DNA of 64,000 nucleotides, taken from the NCBI GenBank assembly GCA_029855935.1, contig JAGSHN010000012.1, forward strand, positions 1-64,000, written 5' to 3'. The stretch comes from Candidatus Thorarchaeota archaeon. GTDB taxonomy: Archaea; Asgardarchaeota; Thorarchaeia; Thorarchaeales; Thorarchaeaceae. Shown piece after piece: positions 19,786 through 29,430 of the stretch (positions are counted from its first letter, which is position 1; every line of letters begins with the position of its first letter). A program made the translations under genes and the position numbers. Under the pieces are notes generated by a model that was not told the origin of the DNA, did no database searches, and worked only from the letters and a program-made list of their open reading frames with translations.

Positions 19786-20655
19786 CTACATCATCTCCTT
19801 GAGGAGCCTTGCGACATCGCTGGGCTTGTCAGCAACTCGCACGCCCGCCTCGGTGAGGGCACTTATCTTGGCTAAGGCCGTGCCTGTACTGCCACTGATG
19901 ATTGCACCTGCGTGCCCCATTCTCTTGCCCGGTGGTGCTGTGCGTCCTGCAATGAAGCCGACAACGGGGATGTCCACATGGTCTTTGATGTAGGCAGCCG
20001 CTCGCTCCTCTGCATCGCCACCAATCTCTCCGACAATGACCATTGCCTTTGTCTCCGGGTCGCTCTGGAAGAGCTTCACGGCCTCAATCGTTGTGAGACC
20101 AACGCACGGATCGCCTCCGAGTCCGATGGCAGTCGTTATCCCGATCCCTGCGTTCGTCATTCCTGCTGCAATCTCATAGGTGAGAGTCCCGCTCCGTGAC
20201 ATGAGCGCTACGGGTCCATCGGCGAATACGTGGCCCGGCATGATTCCCAGTTTCTGTCTGGCACTGGGGTTTATGATGCCGGGGGTATTGGGGCCTATGA
20301 TCGTGATACCCTCTCTCGCTGCAGCGTGAATGACCCTTATCTCGTCTTGGACTGGGACGTGCTCTGTGATGATGACGACGGGATTGAGGCCGGCTGCAAT
20401 GGCCTCCAGTGCGGCATCCCCCGCGAATGGTGCAGGAACGAATATCACCGAGGCAGTGGCATCATGGGCCTCCTTGGCCTCCCTCACGGAGTCGTAGACT
20501 GGTATGCTGTTGACCTCGCTGCCGCCCTTGCCCGGTGTCACTCCAGCAACGACCTTTGTTCCGTACTCCAGCATGGCCGCCGAGTGAAAAGTCCCCTGCG
20601 AGCCAGTGATACCCTGTATGAGGACCCGTGTGTCTTTGTCAATCAGCACTGCCAT
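19786..20655 (-). CDS. sucD: Succinyl-CoA synthetase alpha subunit
   Basis: QGITG, GVTPGKGG, IGPNTPG, SRSGTLTYE, GEIGG, RMGHAGAI. Confidence 0.96.
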   Translation of the reverse strand: MAVLIDKDTRVLIQGITGSQGTFHSAAMLEYGTKVVAGVTPGKGGSEVNSIPVYDSVREAKEAHDATASVIFVPAPFAGDAALEAIAAGLNPVVIITEHVPVQDEIRVIHAAAREGITIIGPNTPGIINPSARQKLGIMPGHVFADGPVALMSRSGTLTYEIAAGMTNAGIGITTAIGLGGDPCVGLTTIEAVKLFQSDPETKAMVIVGEIGGDAEERAAAYIKDHVDIPVVGFIAGRTAPPGKRMGHAGAIISGSTGTALAKISALTEAGVRVADKPSDVARLLKEMM

Positions 20656-20656
20656 C

Positions 20657-21805
20657 TTATTCAGCCTCCTTCTTGACGAGCTCGACCACCTTCGACGCGG
20701 CCTCCTCCATTGTCTTCAGGAAGGGAATTCCCGCCTCCTGCAGTATTCTCTGGCCCTCCTCCTCGTTCGTGCCGACCATCCTTATCACCATCGGGACCCC
20801 GATTCCCCTCTCCTCTCGTGCCGCGACAATCCCGCGCGCAACCTCATCGCATCGTGTGATGCCGCCCATGATGTTGATCAGAATGGCCCTCACCGAGGGG
20901 TTCATGAGCGCTATCTCGATACCCTTCTCGACCCTCTCGGCGTCAGCTCCTCCTCCAAGATCTAGGAATATCCCTGCCTTTCCTCCGTGGAGCGCCACAG
21001 CGTCAATAGTAGCCATTGTCAGTCCAGCGCCGTTGCATATGCACGCGATATTGCCGTCCAGTTCAACATAGGCCATTCCCTCCTCTGCCGCCCTTCTCTC
21101 TCGCTCATTCATCTCCACGGGCTCTCTCTTCAGTTTCTCAATGAGGCCCTTGTGCCGGTAGAGCGCATTGTCATCAATGTTGAGTCGTGCGTCTGCGGCG
21201 AGGAATCTCCCATCGCGAGTGAGAATAAGCGGGTTGATCTCCGTCAGTTCAACGTCATAGGTCTGGACAATCTTCCAGAGTGTCAGGAAGAAGTTGGCCA
21301 GCCTAGAGATATCCTTTCCTCTGAAGCCCATATCAATGGCCATCTCCCGGGCCTCAAAGGGATGAAATCCTAGGTGCGGGTCGACGTGACGTTTGACAAT
21401 CTTCTCCGGATGCTCAGCAGCGAGCTCCTCAATGGACATACCGCCCGCAGCGCTGCCAATGACGACGTACTTTCGCTCGTTGCGGTCTATTGTCACCCCC
21501 GCATAGATCTCCTGAGCTATGTCGAGCTTTTCCTCAACAAGAACGGCCTTCACGGGGAGGTCATTGATTCTCATCGCGAGGATCTCGCCGACTACCCTCT
21601 CCGCCTCATCGGGAGTGTCGGCAAACTTCACTCCACCTGCCTTGCCTCTCTTCCCGGTCAGTACCTGTGCCTTGACCGCTACAGGTTTCCCAATCTCCTT
21701 GGCACGCTCTCTCGCCTCCTCCGGAGTGTGCGCCACACCGCCTTGGGGGGTTGGCATTCCGAAGGCACGAAAGATGTCCTTTGCCTCGTGCTCGAATAGT
21801 TTCAT
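20657..21805 (-). CDS. sucC: Succinyl-CoA synthetase beta subunit
   Basis: MKLFEHEAK, VKAQV..GKRGKAGG, EINPL, DDNALYRH, NGAGLTMAT.D, NIMGGITRCD. Confidence 0.96.
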   Translation of the reverse strand: MKLFEHEAKDIFRAFGMPTPQGGVAHTPEEARERAKEIGKPVAVKAQVLTGKRGKAGGVKFADTPDEAERVVGEILAMRINDLPVKAVLVEEKLDIAQEIYAGVTIDRNERKYVVIGSAAGGMSIEELAAEHPEKIVKRHVDPHLGFHPFEAREMAIDMGFRGKDISRLANFFLTLWKIVQTYDVELTEINPLILTRDGRFLAADARLNIDDNALYRHKGLIEKLKREPVEMNERERRAAEEGMAYVELDGNIACICNGAGLTMATIDAVALHGGKAGIFLDLGGGADAERVEKGIEIALMNPSVRAILINIMGGITRCDEVARGIVAAREERGIGVPMVIRMVGTNEEEGQRILQEAGIPFLKTMEEAASKVVELVKKEAE

Positions 21806-21885
21806 AATGCTCCACCTGCGTACTGTGGAATCGGCACCCGCCTCGCGGTTGGCGGTCCTATAAAAGCTTCATTGATTGTGACGAG

Positions 21886-24192
21886 TTATAGCCGCCCGCG
21901 ACCTAGGTCCTCAAGCAGGTCCTCCAGTTCGTTCTTCAGCTTGAGAGCCTCCATCTTCAGACTGCGCGAAACACTCGCCCCCATGACTCTCAGGAGGATA
22001 GCAACGGTGTAGTAGACTTCTTCTATTGCATTCTCTACTATTCCTGGCATGTCATCCTCGTGGACCACCTCCTCGATTCTGCCGTCTGGGAGGGACCTCA
22101 AGATTTTCTCCACAAGATCTTCTCTCAGTCCAGTCCTTGCCACGGCTATGTCTACAAGCACCGGTCGTAGTCTGGCGCCTCTCTTGCTGATGGTCCTTAT
22201 CACCCGCTTCGCATCCGCGACAGGTACGCCCAGCATGACGACATTGCGGCCAAGGTCCGTGCAGCGGGAACTTCCTCTCCCCCGCACGATGAGCCTGTCC
22301 CGTTCCAGTTCCTCGAGAATATTGAGCCCCCGCAGGGCCTGCTGAATCACAGAGGCTGCATACGGTCGGGTCTCGTCATTGTCTAGCGCGAAGGAGGCGA
22401 ACTTCACGAGGTGCTTGCAGAGTCTGTGACGTGCTCGCCCTTGATACTTCCATGACTCGCATGAGCAGGACACACCCTCGTCAGCCCGGAGCTTGACGTA
22501 GTGCCATATCTTTCTCGTGGAGCTATGCACAAGGCCCTCAATCTTGGTTGGGGTGACAGAGACAAGGCGCACCTCGGTGTCGGGAATGGACTGCGCACGT
22601 TTGATCACCGCCTTCTGAGAGTGCATAGCGATGAGTCTCTGGGCCTCGATATCAGTTTCAATTCCGGTGTCCTGATGGATGTCCGTGATTCTGTTGCTGG
22701 CTGCCCAGTACGTCCGGCCCAAGATCTGTAGAGGCGAGTCTACATCCTTTCCCGTGCCGCTGCATATCTGGCTCAGCACGAGATCCTCTGCATTGTCTGG
22801 GTCGTCCATCAGGCTGTCAACCTCTCCCAGCCTTGGGACAATATCACCGTTCTCTCTTGTGTCGAAATATCTGCCAATTACTCGCAGGCGCTCCAGTTCG
22901 CTGTCCACAGTCACAATTCCAAAGGCCTCGTTGTCGAGGCCTGCGCGGCCTGCTGAGTACAATACCTCTGAGAACTGCCACTCGGTGAGCATTGTGGGCT
23001 CCCCTGTCCCCCTGATGTCGCGGTCCAGTGGATGCATATACACGCTCAAGAGGAAGACAACGGTGGCCCGCAGGCCACTCGCTAGAGCGAACCGTGTGGG
23101 CATAACGAGGACTGGGATGTGTCCCTCCTCCCACGCCTCCGACACTGTTCTTCTTTGAGGTCTGGCTACACCCTCGTGAAGAAAGGCGACTCCTTTTCGA
23201 ATTGTGCTAGCTAGCCTCTTCGTCAGATGACAGTACTCAAAGACCTCTGATACGTTCTCGGCAATCTGCCTGAGAAGATCACGTTCCTCGGGGGGGAGCC
23301 GGAGGTCCAACACTGGCCCCTCACTGTCGCTCACACCCGAGAGCTGCAGCGCCAAATTCTCACATGCGGAGATATTTGGGCAGAGAATTATGACCTGCCC
23401 GCGTCGGAAATGCACAAATTCCGTTAGGTCCACAAGGCTCTCGTTCAAACTACTGAACGCCTTCACACTGAAGATCCGTCTGACCTCCGGTTTCGGGTCG
23501 TGGACCGGCCTTGCCCTGAGCCACCTTCCGAGTTCCTCCAAGTCGGCTACTGGTGGCAGCATGGCGATGTACTGAATATCCCTCCCGCTTGAGAGCATAG
23601 AGACCAGTACGCTCTCTATTCGCGGTCCCATCTTTGTGTCACCAATCAAATCTAGGCGTTCGACGAACGCGCAACCCACGTCTTCGAGCAGGTCCGACCT
23701 GCTTCGAAGGGCCATACTGAGAGAGCTGAATGTGGCAATCAGCAGCCTGCCAGTGTCGCGCACTGCCCCACTCACCACTCCTCTTCGCGTCAGTGCAGTG
23801 GCCTCAATACCGAGTCTGCGGCATTTCGGGCGGAGCGACCTCAGCCTCTTCTCGACGGTATGGGGATTTGGACAGGCGATGATTGCACGGGCCCGAAAGT
23901 CTGACGCCAGATGGTTGAGCACAGCAATCTCTGCAATCTGATACCCTTCATCGTAGTCATATGTGACTAGAAGTAGACTGTTTCCGCGGATTATGCCGGC
24001 GTCTAGGGTACTGCGCTGAAAGTCTGTCAGAGTCGCATACCCCTCTCGTCTGAGTACCTCTAGGAGCCTTGGCGAGACCTGTTCATATTCCAGCTCACGC
24101 AGAGTACTCACGAATACATCTCCTATCCGCGGAAATCTCTTCAGAATACGTCTGTGCCCTCTTTCTATCAGTCTTTCGGGCATCTCTTCCAA
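21886..24192 (-). CDS. Hel308/Ski2-like helicase homologue with degenerate ATPase motifs and inserted SWIM-type zinc finger
   Basis: Q motif LTDFQ, GVAFLHEG and AGRAG retained; Walker A region reads TYDYDEGYQ, motif II ERLD; CSCESW...CKH SWIM pattern. Confidence 0.75.
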   Translation of the reverse strand: MEEMPERLIERGHRRILKRFPRIGDVFVSTLRELEYEQVSPRLLEVLRREGYATLTDFQRSTLDAGIIRGNSLLLVTYDYDEGYQIAEIAVLNHLASDFRARAIIACPNPHTVEKRLRSLRPKCRRLGIEATALTRRGVVSGAVRDTGRLLIATFSSLSMALRSRSDLLEDVGCAFVERLDLIGDTKMGPRIESVLVSMLSSGRDIQYIAMLPPVADLEELGRWLRARPVHDPKPEVRRIFSVKAFSSLNESLVDLTEFVHFRRGQVIILCPNISACENLALQLSGVSDSEGPVLDLRLPPEERDLLRQIAENVSEVFEYCHLTKRLASTIRKGVAFLHEGVARPQRRTVSEAWEEGHIPVLVMPTRFALASGLRATVVFLLSVYMHPLDRDIRGTGEPTMLTEWQFSEVLYSAGRAGLDNEAFGIVTVDSELERLRVIGRYFDTRENGDIVPRLGEVDSLMDDPDNAEDLVLSQICSGTGKDVDSPLQILGRTYWAASNRITDIHQDTGIETDIEAQRLIAMHSQKAVIKRAQSIPDTEVRLVSVTPTKIEGLVHSSTRKIWHYVKLRADEGVSCSCESWKYQGRARHRLCKHLVKFASFALDNDETRPYAASVIQQALRGLNILEELERDRLIVRGRGSSRCTDLGRNVVMLGVPVADAKRVIRTISKRGARLRPVLVDIAVARTGLREDLVEKILRSLPDGRIEEVVHEDDMPGIVENAIEEVYYTVAILLRVMGASVSRSLKMEALKLKNELEDLLEDLGRGRL

Positions 24193-24312
24193 TGCCTCAG
24201 GTGACTATTACACTGGCGCATACACAAGTACAAAAGGCCTCAAGTTCTCGCAGAACCCGCGTAGAGCGCAGAGTCTGACGCTCTTGTGATTAGGTATTGA
24301 GGTCTGAATGCA

Positions 24313-25047
24313 ATGGCGTTTGTAGCAACAAGGGACTCTGGCTTCGAGATCATAGTCAAGTCGGGGTTCACAATCGAGCCGGGCTCAATCTTCATCAGTG
24401 GATTTCATGGGCTGGGCGAGGTCGGTTTCTTGAGTACAGCACATCTTGCTCGTGCTCTGGATGCAGAGCGTGTGGGATTCATCAAGAGCGATATGCTCCC
24501 GCTGTTCGTATCGATGGAGAATGAGCGGCTCGTGCTCCCGTTCGAGCTCTTCTCGTACGAATCATTTGTGTTCCTCGTGCCACGCTTCCAGCCGCATCAG
24601 GCGGAACAGTGGCAGTTCATAGACCGCCTTGCATCGTGGATCATTGACAACAAGTTCTCCGAGGTACTCCTGCTTGGCGGACTGGATGCTAGCTTCAAGG
24701 AGGACGACGAGGACATGCGGTGCGTACCCACAACGGCCTACTTGCCCCTGTTGGACAAGTGGTCTGTCCCGCTACTGGAGGAGGGTCTGTTTGTTGCTGG
24801 TCCCCTTGCTCTACTACTGGCACACTTCGAGATGCGTGACTATCCCGCACTGGGTCTACTCACTTATGCGACAAGAGGCCGACCAGACCCACGGTCGGCA
24901 GCGACGATGCTGGAGAAGATCAATGAGGTCTACGGGCTCAATGTGAGTGTGGACCAGCTTCTCGAGGAGAGCAAAGAGATAGAGCGACTGGAGAAGATGC
25001 GCAAGTCAATCGAGGCTGAGGACCGCTCATCTGATATGTTCGTCTAG
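24313..25047 (+). CDS. PAC2-family proteasome assembly chaperone homologue
   Basis: GFHGLGEVGFL...HL, LLLGGL, AGPLALLL, PDPRSAA, C-terminal MFV. Confidence 0.88.
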   Translation: MAFVATRDSGFEIIVKSGFTIEPGSIFISGFHGLGEVGFLSTAHLARALDAERVGFIKSDMLPLFVSMENERLVLPFELFSYESFVFLVPRFQPHQAEQWQFIDRLASWIIDNKFSEVLLLGGLDASFKEDDEDMRCVPTTAYLPLLDKWSVPLLEEGLFVAGPLALLLAHFEMRDYPALGLLTYATRGRPDPRSAATMLEKINEVYGLNVSVDQLLEESKEIERLEKMRKSIEAEDRSSDMFV

Positions 25048-25592
25048 CCGAGGCGACGCAGATACCATCCGACGTCAACGAGATTCTTGGCAACAAGCTT
25101 GTCGGAGCTCAGCCTGTCTATCCTCGATGCGTCGACAGATAGCGCAGCAAGGCCCAAGCAGTCGCCCTCCTCGCTCTTAACTATCACTCGCTGACCCCGA
25201 CGAAGGCTCTCTGGCGATATGCTCACCACGGACTCGCGGAGAATGCTCCTCCCATAGGTGAACGCCTGAGCCCCTGTGTCTGCCACGACCAGTTCGTTCT
25301 CGGAGATGTTGGCGAGTCTTTCGACGATCGCAATGCTGAGCCTGAAGGTGTCACTGGAGAGGTCGCCCATCCAGACCCCCAGTGAGGACAGTCTGAAATC
25401 CTCCATTTCCCCTCGAATGTATTGAACCCACTCCTCCGGTACCAGGTATACTGAGAATATGCTCCTCCGAGGCACCTTTACAGGTGTGAGACCCTCTGAC
25501 AATCTTCGTGTGACACCGTTTCCAAAGTCCGCGTCTACCTGTGAAACTATCAGTTCCCAGTCCACTGGGTTCAGAAACTCGGCCTGAGTCAT
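25044..25592 (-). CDS. NIP7-like PUA-domain ribosome biogenesis protein
   Basis: GVWMG, AFTYGRSIL, CLGLA, KNLVDVGWYLR; coupled to the NOP2 gene. Confidence 0.8.
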   Translation of the reverse strand: MTQAEFLNPVDWELIVSQVDADFGNGVTRRLSEGLTPVKVPRRSIFSVYLVPEEWVQYIRGEMEDFRLSSLGVWMGDLSSDTFRLSIAIVERLANISENELVVADTGAQAFTYGRSILRESVVSISPESLRRGQRVIVKSEEGDCLGLAALSVDASRIDRLSSDKLVAKNLVDVGWYLRRLG

Positions 25593-26569
25593 TGATCATC
25601 CCCCTCCTTCTGGAGCTTGCAGATGAAAAAGCCCTCCGTTCCGTGGACGTGAGGCAGAAACCGCCTTGCGTGACGTAAGGATGGGTTCATCTCCACTCCG
25701 TAGGGCGCAGTATAGCCCTCGACGCCAAGACTGACATCTGGAGGTACGACCGTTATGTCAGGGTGACGCCGAATCACCTCGTCGACTATGTATTCTCCCT
25801 CCTCGGGGGCGATGGAGCAGGTCGAATAGACGAGCACTCCTCCTGGCTTCAGGACACGCACCGCTGCGTCAAGCAACTCGTCCTCTCGTGTCGCGCAGAA
25901 CCTTATGTCGGCCATGGACTTGCTGGTCTTCCTTGTCGGGTCGACAGGTAGCAATCCTTCTCCCGAACAGGGCGCGTCCAGAAGTATCCTATCGGGAGCT
26001 ATACCCATCTGCGAGATCTTCCGGGCATCTCCTCTGAAGACCATCGCACAAGACACTCCACACCGATAGACGTTGCTCTCTAGACTGGCGATACGCAGTC
26101 GGTCCTGCTCAACTGCAATGACCAGCCCTCTGTTCTCCATCAGTTGGGCAATATGGGTCGTCTTTCCCCCTGGCGCAGCCGCCATGTCCATCACGATCTC
26201 GTCGGGTTGGGGGTCAAGCATCAGTGTCACCACCATCGAGGGCATACTCTGAATATAGTACAGCCCCAGCATATACTCCAGCAATGACCCTGGCGTCCGG
26301 TCGCCAAAGTCTGCCCAATATCCGGAGGGCACTCCCTCTATCGGCTCAAGCAGAACTCCCTTCTCCTCAAGTCGTCTGACAGTACTCTGCTCATCTGCCT
26401 TCAGCGTGTTGACTCTGATTGACGTACGTGGTGTTTTCTCACAGGCCTCGAGAAACTGGATGGTCTCCTCCTCGCCCCAGAGAACAAGATATCGCTCAAT
26501 CATGTACGCAAGATACCCATACTTCGCCGCAAGTTCCTTCGCCCTCTGTCGTACCTCTCTTCTGCTCAT
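25589..26569 (-). CDS. NOL1/NOP2/RsmB-family RNA m5C methyltransferase
   Basis: IRVNTLK, DMAAAPGGKT, LLDAPCSGEG, VYSTCS, TEGFFI. Confidence 0.95.
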   Translation of the reverse strand: MSRREVRQRAKELAAKYGYLAYMIERYLVLWGEEETIQFLEACEKTPRTSIRVNTLKADEQSTVRRLEEKGVLLEPIEGVPSGYWADFGDRTPGSLLEYMLGLYYIQSMPSMVVTLMLDPQPDEIVMDMAAAPGGKTTHIAQLMENRGLVIAVEQDRLRIASLESNVYRCGVSCAMVFRGDARKISQMGIAPDRILLDAPCSGEGLLPVDPTRKTSKSMADIRFCATREDELLDAAVRVLKPGGVLVYSTCSIAPEEGEYIVDEVIRRHPDITVVPPDVSLGVEGYTAPYGVEMNPSLRHARRFLPHVHGTEGFFICKLQKEGDDQ

Positions 26570-26610
26570 CGTACTATCACCTTGGAACTGGCACGCGTGT
26601 GGGTCACTCT

Positions 26611-27876
26611 CTATCGGACCTCCGCCTCCCGCCCCATCTCCTTCAGTACTGACTCCCTGTCTGCCCGGATGACGAATGCCTCTCCGACCAGTCTCTCTAT
26701 TGTTGCCAGATCTTTGAAACCCGACCCCGTGATTGGGACTACGACGGTATCATCCTTTGAAACATCACCACTCGCCACTAGCTGCTCCAGCCCTGCAAGA
26801 CCTGCTGCTCCACTTGGCTCGGCAAATATCCCTTCTGTCCTCGCAAGCTCCACGGTCCACTTCTCAACCGATCTGTCCGTCACAGACACAGCAGTACCAT
26901 TGAAACTCTTGATGTAGACGACTGCGGCATCGCCGTCCCACGGATACGGATCGGCTAGGCCTCCACAGACAGTCTTGGTGGAGTATTTGCTCCTGATGGC
27001 CTCAAAGGACACATCGTTCTTCAGGGACTCAACCACGGGTTGACAAGCCTTAGGCTGAACCGCAACAGGTCGCGGCACTGCATCCGTCCAGTCGAGTTCG
27101 CTAAACTCGACAAGCCCCTTCATTGTTCCCGATAGAAGACCTCCGCTGCCTGTCGGGAAGACTATCCAGTCTGGTACAGACCAACTCATCTGCTCGGCTA
27201 TCTCGTAGCCAAGAGACTTGGTGCCCTCCAACTGAAAGCAGTTGAAGGGGCCAAAGGAGGGTACAGGAATCCATCCGGGGAGTGCTTGTAACTCACTCAG
27301 AAGGCTGGTAGTAGGATCCACTCCGGCCTCTTCTTCTCTCACTCTGAACACCTTAGCTCCCATAGACAGGAGATGAACGAGTTTTCCTCTGGGAACGTGT
27401 TCGGGAACGAGAACCACTGCGGCAATGCCCGCCCTGTTGGCATAGGCCACCATTGAGGCCGCTGCATTTCCTGACGACGCTGACACGACAACAGTTGCGT
27501 TGTCCTGTACGGCCCTGCTCACACCCACGGAGATAGGTCTGTCCTTGAAGGATCCTGTCGGATTTGTGGTCTCGATCTTGAGGAACAGATGCCGAAGTCC
27601 AAGAGCATCTCCAAGCCTCTGGGCCTCGATCAGAGGAGTGTTCCCCTCACCCAGTGAGACCCACGCGCTATGGCGTGTAACAGGCATGAACTCCTCGTAC
27701 CTCCTGCTCCCAAGGACTCTTCGTGACTCTATCTCAGCTCTGGACACTGTTTCGGAGATCCACTGCAGGTCGAGCACGAATTCAATTCGACCACCACAGC
27801 CATCATTTGGAGGTACGGACTCGATATTGTACTCCTTGCCACATCGTGAACAGCGTATTCTCTTGTATACGGGCAA
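26611..27876 (-). CDS. thrC: Threonine synthase (PLP fold II)
   Basis: SLGEGNTPL, NPTGSFKDR, ASSGNAAAS, PTGSGG, ITGSGFK. Confidence 0.88.
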   Translation of the reverse strand: MPVYKRIRCSRCGKEYNIESVPPNDGCGGRIEFVLDLQWISETVSRAEIESRRVLGSRRYEEFMPVTRHSAWVSLGEGNTPLIEAQRLGDALGLRHLFLKIETTNPTGSFKDRPISVGVSRAVQDNATVVVSASSGNAAASMVAYANRAGIAAVVLVPEHVPRGKLVHLLSMGAKVFRVREEEAGVDPTTSLLSELQALPGWIPVPSFGPFNCFQLEGTKSLGYEIAEQMSWSVPDWIVFPTGSGGLLSGTMKGLVEFSELDWTDAVPRPVAVQPKACQPVVESLKNDVSFEAIRSKYSTKTVCGGLADPYPWDGDAAVVYIKSFNGTAVSVTDRSVEKWTVELARTEGIFAEPSGAAGLAGLEQLVASGDVSKDDTVVVPITGSGFKDLATIERLVGEAFVIRADRESVLKEMGREAEVR

Positions 27877-28063
27877 GTCTGGTCCTCAATCGTGGGGATT
27901 GAACGTTGCCTGATAAGTCAGTTGCGTCTCGCATGTACTGGACACAAAGATACGATTTTCTCTGGACTGTGAGTCTGCACCCAATGTCCAGACGATGAGC
28001 GAGTCACTTATACTATGGATCAGCCTACTCGTTCGTGTCTGGTCGGCAGAAGATATCCTATGA

Positions 28064-28660
28064 TTGTGGAGCGTGAGGTGGAATAGCATAATCGAGGTTG
28101 AGATCAAGATTCCTCTCACTTCAGAGGGGCGTTCGGCCATCGAGGAGAGTATCGTCAGGATTGGTGGGATCTCGAAGGGCGTTGAGTACCAGTCGGACAG
28201 ATACTACAATCACCCATGTCGGGACTTTGCGACAACGGATGAGGCAGTCCGTCTGAGGGAGCTAGTCGTTCGATCACCTGATTCTGACAGGTCCGTTCGC
28301 TACCTGCAGATGACGTACAAGGGTCCGAAGATAGACCCCTTGTCCAAGACCCGCGATGAGGTCACTATGGAAGTGAGTGACCTAGAGGCCGCTGATACAA
28401 TACTGCGCGCTCTGAGCTTCAGATTTGTGCGAGAGGTTCGGAAGAAACGGTCCACATACCAGATCGGGGACATCAGCGTCTGTGTCGATGATGTGGACGG
28501 GCTGGGTAGCTTTGTGGAGCTGGAGTGTGTGACCTCGTCCCGCGCTGGCGTCACCGACACACGCGAGCGTCTCTTCTCCCTGGCAAGTCAGTTGGGTCTT
28601 GACACACGCAGGGCCACGCGCGAGTCCTATCTCTCCCTTCTTATGAGAGCTCGTCAGTGA
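28064..28660 (+). CDS. CYTH-domain protein (class IV adenylate cyclase-like/triphosphatase)
   Basis: EVEIK, D.YYNHP.RDF..TDEA.RLR, TYKGPK, GLGSFVELE, SYL; true start may be ATA at 28088. Confidence 0.9.
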   Translation: MWSVRWNSIIEVEIKIPLTSEGRSAIEESIVRIGGISKGVEYQSDRYYNHPCRDFATTDEAVRLRELVVRSPDSDRSVRYLQMTYKGPKIDPLSKTRDEVTMEVSDLEAADTILRALSFRFVREVRKKRSTYQIGDISVCVDDVDGLGSFVELECVTSSRAGVTDTRERLFSLASQLGLDTRRATRESYLSLLMRARQ

Positions 28661-28666
28661 TGTCCG

Positions 28667-29275
28667 TCAGGAGTTATTGAGTTCCTCTCGCAACTCGTTC
28701 ACGAATGCCTCAAGGACACTGTGCCTCCGCTCAGCAATCCTCTTTGACTCTTCAAGGTACATCAAGTCCCTTAATCTGAGAAGCTTGTCTTCGGCATGTT
28801 TCAGAAACCCCTTCATTCCACGTCCGTCTAGGGCTGCCTGGGCAACTGCTCTAAAGACGCCTATCGCGCCAATTGCATCCAGCTTGTCAGCATCACTGAG
28901 TATCTTTCCCTCCAGTGAGTCGGGCACGAGCCCCTCGCTGAACCTGTGGGTCCTTATGGCATCGGTGACCTGCTGTATCTCCTCCTCCGTGTAGCCCGCC
29001 CGCCTTAGTACCTCTCGTCCCATCTCGGCTGACAGTATCGCATGGGACACTCCCGTTTCCTGCTCACGCGCTCTTCCGATGTCGTGGAGCAGCGCTGCTG
29101 CCCCGACAACTCTCTCGTTGGCACCACACTGCCGCGCCAGTTTCATAGCGATTCGATAGACACGCCTTGTATGATCATAGCTATGAGCCCCCTCTCGACT
29201 CGCCGCAAAGATGCCTTTGACATATGCCTTCACAAGCCTCTCCGCCTCATCAGGATTCATGGGGGTCATACTCAC
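28667..29275 (-). CDS. HD-domain phosphohydrolase
   Basis: HSYDHTRRV, ALLHDIG, IRTHRFS, SDADKLDAIGA. Confidence 0.92.
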   Translation of the reverse strand: MSMTPMNPDEAERLVKAYVKGIFAASREGAHSYDHTRRVYRIAMKLARQCGANERVVGAAALLHDIGRAREQETGVSHAILSAEMGREVLRRAGYTEEEIQQVTDAIRTHRFSEGLVPDSLEGKILSDADKLDAIGAIGVFRAVAQAALDGRGMKGFLKHAEDKLLRLRDLMYLEESKRIAERRHSVLEAFVNELREELNNS

Positions 29276-29430
29276 GGGTGACAGGCAGCACGTGATAGGT
29301 GTTTTGTGTGGTCTTCACGATTTCGAGCCACGACCAACAAGAAACGCTTTAATTCTTAGACGTAGTGAGGGGTGGTGACTGCCAGTCGCCACCTGTAGCT
29401 CTGATGTGAGTTTGTGAGAGTGATTGTCGC

